Source: Alphaproteobacteria bacterium (GTDB lineage: Bacteria; Pseudomonadota; Alphaproteobacteria; JAAXGF01). Taken from it: a stretch of 64,000 bases of DNA. Each line of letters opens with the position of its first letter. Positions within the stretch are counted from its first letter, which is position 1. This document shows positions 60,593 to 64,000 of the stretch, piece by piece. The stretch lies in NCBI GenBank assembly GCA_963555825.3, contig CAUVXB020000001.1, positions 1,920,001 through 1,984,000 of the forward strand, read 5' to 3'. The notes beneath the pieces were generated by a model, which saw nothing but the letters and a program-made list of their open reading frames with translations, did no database searches and was not told the origin of the DNA. The position numbers and the translations under genes were made by a program.

Positions 60593-61966
60593 ATGGCCGC
60601 CTCCGCCAAGCGTTACGCCTGTCAGGAATGCGGCGCCAGTCACGGCAAGTGGGCCGGCCGATGCGACGCCTGCGGCGCCTGGAACACGATCGTCGAGGAG
60701 CTGCCGCGCGAGGCGACGCCCAAGGGACTGGGTAGCGGCGCCGGACGCAAGATAGAACTGGTCGGCCTGCGCGGCGATGAACCCGAGCCCCCGCGCATCA
60801 CCACCGGCATCAGCGAGCTCGATCGTACCTTCGGCGGCGGCTTGGTGCGTGGCTCGGCGGTGCTGATCAGCGGCGATCCGGGCATCGGAAAATCGACCCT
60901 TCTGTTGCAGGCCGCCGCGGCGCTGGCCCGTCGGGAAGCCTCCTGCGTCTACATCTCGGGCGAGGAAGCCACCGGGCAGCTCAGGCTGCGCGCCGGCCGC
61001 CTCGGGCTCGGCGAGGCGTCGGTGCTGCTCGCCGCGGCGACCAATGTCCGCGACATTCTGACCAGTCTCGATACACCCGAGGGCGTCGACGTCGTGGTCA
61101 TCGATTCGATCCAGACGATGTTCGTCGATTCGCTCGACTCGGCGCCAGGCACCGTCGCCCAGGTGCGCACCAGCGCCCAAGAACTAATCCGTTTCGGCAA
61201 GCGCAAGGGTGTCGTGATGCTGCTCGTCGGCCATGTCACCAAGGATGGCCAGATCGCCGGACCGCGCGTGCTCGAGCACATGGTCGACACCGTCCTCCAT
61301 TTCGAGGCCGAGGGCAGTCACCAGTACCGCATCCTGCGCGCTGTCAAGAACCGCTTCGGCGCGAGCGACGAGATCGGCGTTTTCGAGATGACCGACGGTG
61401 GCCTCAACGAAGTGCCCAATCCGTCGGCCCTGTTTCTCGGCGATCACGAGCACGACATCAGCGGCGCCGCCGTCTTCGCCGGGCTCGAGGGCACGCGTCC
61501 TGTGCTGGTTGAAATTCAGGCGCTCGTCGCCCCCTCGCCGCTGGCCACGCCACGCCGCGCGGTGGTCGGCTGGGACGGCGCACGGCTCGCCATGTTAATG
61601 GCCGTGCTCGATGCACGATGCGGGCTTGCGCTGGGCGGCAACGACGTCTACTTAAACGTCGCTGGCGGCTTGCGTATCGGCGAGCCGGCGGCGGACCTCG
61701 CGGTTGCCGCAGCGCTGGTCTCGTCGGTCACCGGCGAACCGTTGCCGGGTACCACGGTGGTATTCGGCGAGGTCGGGTTATCGGGCGAGGTACGACAGGT
61801 GAGTCAGGCCGACATTCGGCTCAAGGAAGCGGCCAAATTGGGCTTTACGAGGGCCATCGCGCCGCGGCGTAAGCGCGGCGAACCGGCCGGTGCGATTGCG
61901 GTCAACGAAATCACGCGCCTGCAGGACATGGTCGACCTGTTCGGCACATCGTCAGCCCGCGGGTAA
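60593..61966 (+). CDS. radA: DNA repair protein RadA/Sms
   Basis: CxxC-CxxC zinc finger, GDPGIGKSTL, KNRFG, Lon-like C-terminal domain. Confidence 0.97.
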   Translation: MAASAKRYACQECGASHGKWAGRCDACGAWNTIVEELPREATPKGLGSGAGRKIELVGLRGDEPEPPRITTGISELDRTFGGGLVRGSAVLISGDPGIGKSTLLLQAAAALARREASCVYISGEEATGQLRLRAGRLGLGEASVLLAAATNVRDILTSLDTPEGVDVVVIDSIQTMFVDSLDSAPGTVAQVRTSAQELIRFGKRKGVVMLLVGHVTKDGQIAGPRVLEHMVDTVLHFEAEGSHQYRILRAVKNRFGASDEIGVFEMTDGGLNEVPNPSALFLGDHEHDISGAAVFAGLEGTRPVLVEIQALVAPSPLATPRRAVVGWDGARLAMLMAVLDARCGLALGGNDVYLNVAGGLRIGEPAADLAVAAALVSSVTGEPLPGTTVVFGEVGLSGEVRQVSQADIRLKEAAKLGFTRAIAPRRKRGEPAGAIAVNEITRLQDMVDLFGTSSARG

Positions 61967-61974
61967 CGGCCGAG

Positions 61975-62643
61975 ATGGACGTGTCATCGGTCAACATCGC
62001 CGACGCTGCCGTTGCGATCATTCTGCTGGTTTCCGGCGCGCTTGCCTTCTTTCGCGGCGCCGTACGCGAGCTGCTCGCAATCGTCGGCTGGGTGGCGTCC
62101 GCCGGCATGACCTTCTTCGCCTTCGACTACGTCCAGCCCTTCGCGCGTGAGCTGATTGAGGTGCCGCTAGTCGCCGATGGCGCCGGCGCGCTTGCCATCT
62201 TCATCGCCACGCTGGTTCTCTTCGCCTTGATCGGCGGCATCGTCTCGCGGCGCATCAAGGCAAGCAGCTTGGATGCGGTCGACCGATCGCTCGGCTTCGT
62301 CTTCGGCCTGTTGCGGGGCGGTGCGATCATCTCGATCGCCTATGTCATGGTGATCTGGGCGACCCTGCCCGACGACCCGCCCGACTGGCTTCGCGACGCA
62401 CGCGCCGGTCCGATCGTGGTGCATGGCGCGGCGATCGTCTGCCGGGCGATCCCGCCGGCGGCGCGCGCCGCCGGAAACGGCGCCTGTGACAAGGTCTCGG
62501 AAGCGATGAGAGACACGCTGGACGAAGCCGAGGTCTTCGAACTTCTGAGCAATCCGCCGCCGACGGTCGACAGCGAGCAGCGCGACGGCTATACCAACGC
62601 CGAGCGCAAGGCAATGGAACGACTAATCCAGGGTACCGAATGA
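61975..62643 (+). CDS. cvpA: CvpA (colicin V production) family membrane protein
   Basis: RGAVRE, DRSLGFVFGLLRG; directly upstream of purF. Confidence 0.9.
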   Translation: MDVSSVNIADAAVAIILLVSGALAFFRGAVRELLAIVGWVASAGMTFFAFDYVQPFARELIEVPLVADGAGALAIFIATLVLFALIGGIVSRRIKASSLDAVDRSLGFVFGLLRGGAIISIAYVMVIWATLPDDPPDWLRDARAGPIVVHGAAIVCRAIPPAARAAGNGACDKVSEAMRDTLDEAEVFELLSNPPPTVDSEQRDGYTNAERKAMERLIQGTE

Positions 62644-64000
62644 CAGCGCCGCCGTTTATCCACCCCTTCGACGACGACAAGCTGCACGAAGAGTGCGGCG
62701 TCTTCGGCATCTTCGGCCATCACGATTCGGCCGCGCACACCACTCTCGGCCTCCACGCGCTGCAGCACCGCGGCCAGGGATCGGCCGGTATCGTGACCTT
62801 CGACGGCATGCAATACCACAGCCACCGCAGCCTCGGCCTGGTCGGCGACAACTTCAGCTCGGCCTCGGTCATCAACCGGCTCAAGGGCCGCGCGGCGATT
62901 GGCCACAACCGCTATGCCACGACCGGCGAAATCGTGCTGCGCAACGTTCAGCCGCTGTTCGCCGAGTTCGCGTTCGGCGGCCTGGCGATCGCGCATAACG
63001 GCAATCTGACCAACGCGATCACGCTGCGCGATCGGCTGGTGAAGCGCGGCTGCCTGTTCCAGTCGACTACCGACACCGAGATCATCATCCATCTCATCGC
63101 GACCAGCCCCCACGCCACCGTCGTCGACCGCATGGCCGATGCGTTGAACCAAGTGACCGGCGCCTTCTCGATGATCGCGCTGAGCAACGATTCGCTGATC
63201 GGCGTGCGCGACCCAAAGGGCGTGCGCCCCCTGGTGCTCGGCATCATCGAAGGCGCGCCGATCTTGACGTCGGAGACCTGCGCGCTCGATATCCTGGGCG
63301 CCGAATTCGTTCGCGACGTCGAGCCGGGCGAGATCGTCGTGATCAACGACGACGGCATCACGAGTCTCAGGCCGTTCCGAGACACGTCCAGCCGATTCTG
63401 CATTTTCGAGTACGTCTATTTCTCGCGGCCCGACAGCCACGTCGAGGGCTTGAGCGTCTACGAGGTCCGCAAGCGCATCGGCGCCGAACTGTCTCGCGAA
63501 TCGGGCGTCGACGCCGACATCGTCGTGCCGGTGCCAGACTCGGGTGTCGCCTCGGCGATCGGCTATGCGAGGGAGGCCGGGCTGCCGTTCGAGATCGGCA
63601 TCATCCGCAACCACTATGTCGGCCGCACCTTTATCGAGCCGACCGACCAGATACGCCACCTCGGCGTCAAGCTCAAGCACAACGCCAACGCCGCCAGCCT
63701 GACCGGCAAGCGGGTCGTGCTGGTCGACGACAGCATCGTGCGCGGTACGACGGCGACCAAGATCGTCGAAATGGTGCGCGGCGCCGGCGCCGCCGAGGTC
63801 CATATGCGCGTCGGTGGCCCGCCGACGACACATTCGTGCTTCTACGGCGTCGATACGCCGTCGCGCGACAACCTGCTGGCGGCGCGGCATGACGTGTCGG
63901 GCATGGCCGACTACATCGGCGTCGACAGCCTCGCGTTCCTGTCGATCGACGGTCTCTATCGCGCGGTCGGCAGCCACGGCCGTAATGACGACGCGCCACA
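62640..64000 (+). CDS. purF: Amidophosphoribosyltransferase (runs off window end)
   Basis: Translated by hand from ATG 62640: DDDKLHEECGVFG, LQHRGQ, GHNRYAT, AHNGNL, VPDSG, LVDDSIVRGTT. Confidence 0.96.
   Translation, partial: MTAPPFIHPFDDDKLHEECGVFGIFGHHDSAAHTTLGLHALQHRGQGSAGIVTFDGMQYHSHRSLGLVGDNFSSASVINRLKGRAAIGHNRYATTGEIVLRNVQPLFAEFAFGGLAIAHNGNLTNAITLRDRLVKRGCLFQSTTDTEIIIHLIATSPHATVVDRMADALNQVTGAFSMIALSNDSLIGVRDPKGVRPLVLGIIEGAPILTSETCALDILGAEFVRDVEPGEIVVINDDGITSLRPFRDTSSRFCIFEYVYFSRPDSHVEGLSVYEVRKRIGAELSRESGVDADIVVPVPDSGVASAIGYAREAGLPFEIGIIRNHYVGRTFIEPTDQIRHLGVKLKHNANAASLTGKRVVLVDDSIVRGTTATKIVEMVRGAGAAEVHMRVGGPPTTHSCFYGVDTPSRDNLLAARHDVSGMADYIGVDSLAFLSIDGLYRAVGSHGRNDDAP

Noticed and set aside
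62589-63977. 462-aa minus-strand ORF
   Set aside because: Antisense to purF, which the ORF track missed because it runs off the window

Overview
GC-rich alphaproteobacterial chromosomal segment (gene order typical of Rhodospirillales-like lineages). About 52 kb (12-64 kb) is housekeeping: aroQ-accB-accC-aat, nrdJ, aspS, rnd, hdaA/purMN/ndk, pepA-lptFGD-surA-pdxA-rsmA, gmk, mltG-fabF-acpP-fabG-fabD, rpsF-rpsR-rplI-dnaB-alr-radA-cvpA-purF. Most notable is an accessory island at ~4.0-11.9 kb: a phage-repressor-like S24 peptidase remnant, an IS256 whose left inverted repeat is split by a second IS (both target duplications readable), then a KAP-family P-loop NTPase gene and a NACHT NTPase gene with C-terminal leucine-rich repeats but no N-terminal effector domain. 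This pair is a candidate two-NTPase, NLR-like antiphage system (function is inference). Other observations: an SDR gene hit by two ISs and a frameshift, probable deletion scars of the mlaEF and mlaD loci, a 123-bp structured repeat present twice with a compensatory base change, an Arg-run leader peptide before a GNAT gene, and a purM lacking a canonical start codon. No rRNA, tRNA or CRISPR array was seen. All calls are by eye from motifs and gene context; no searches were run.
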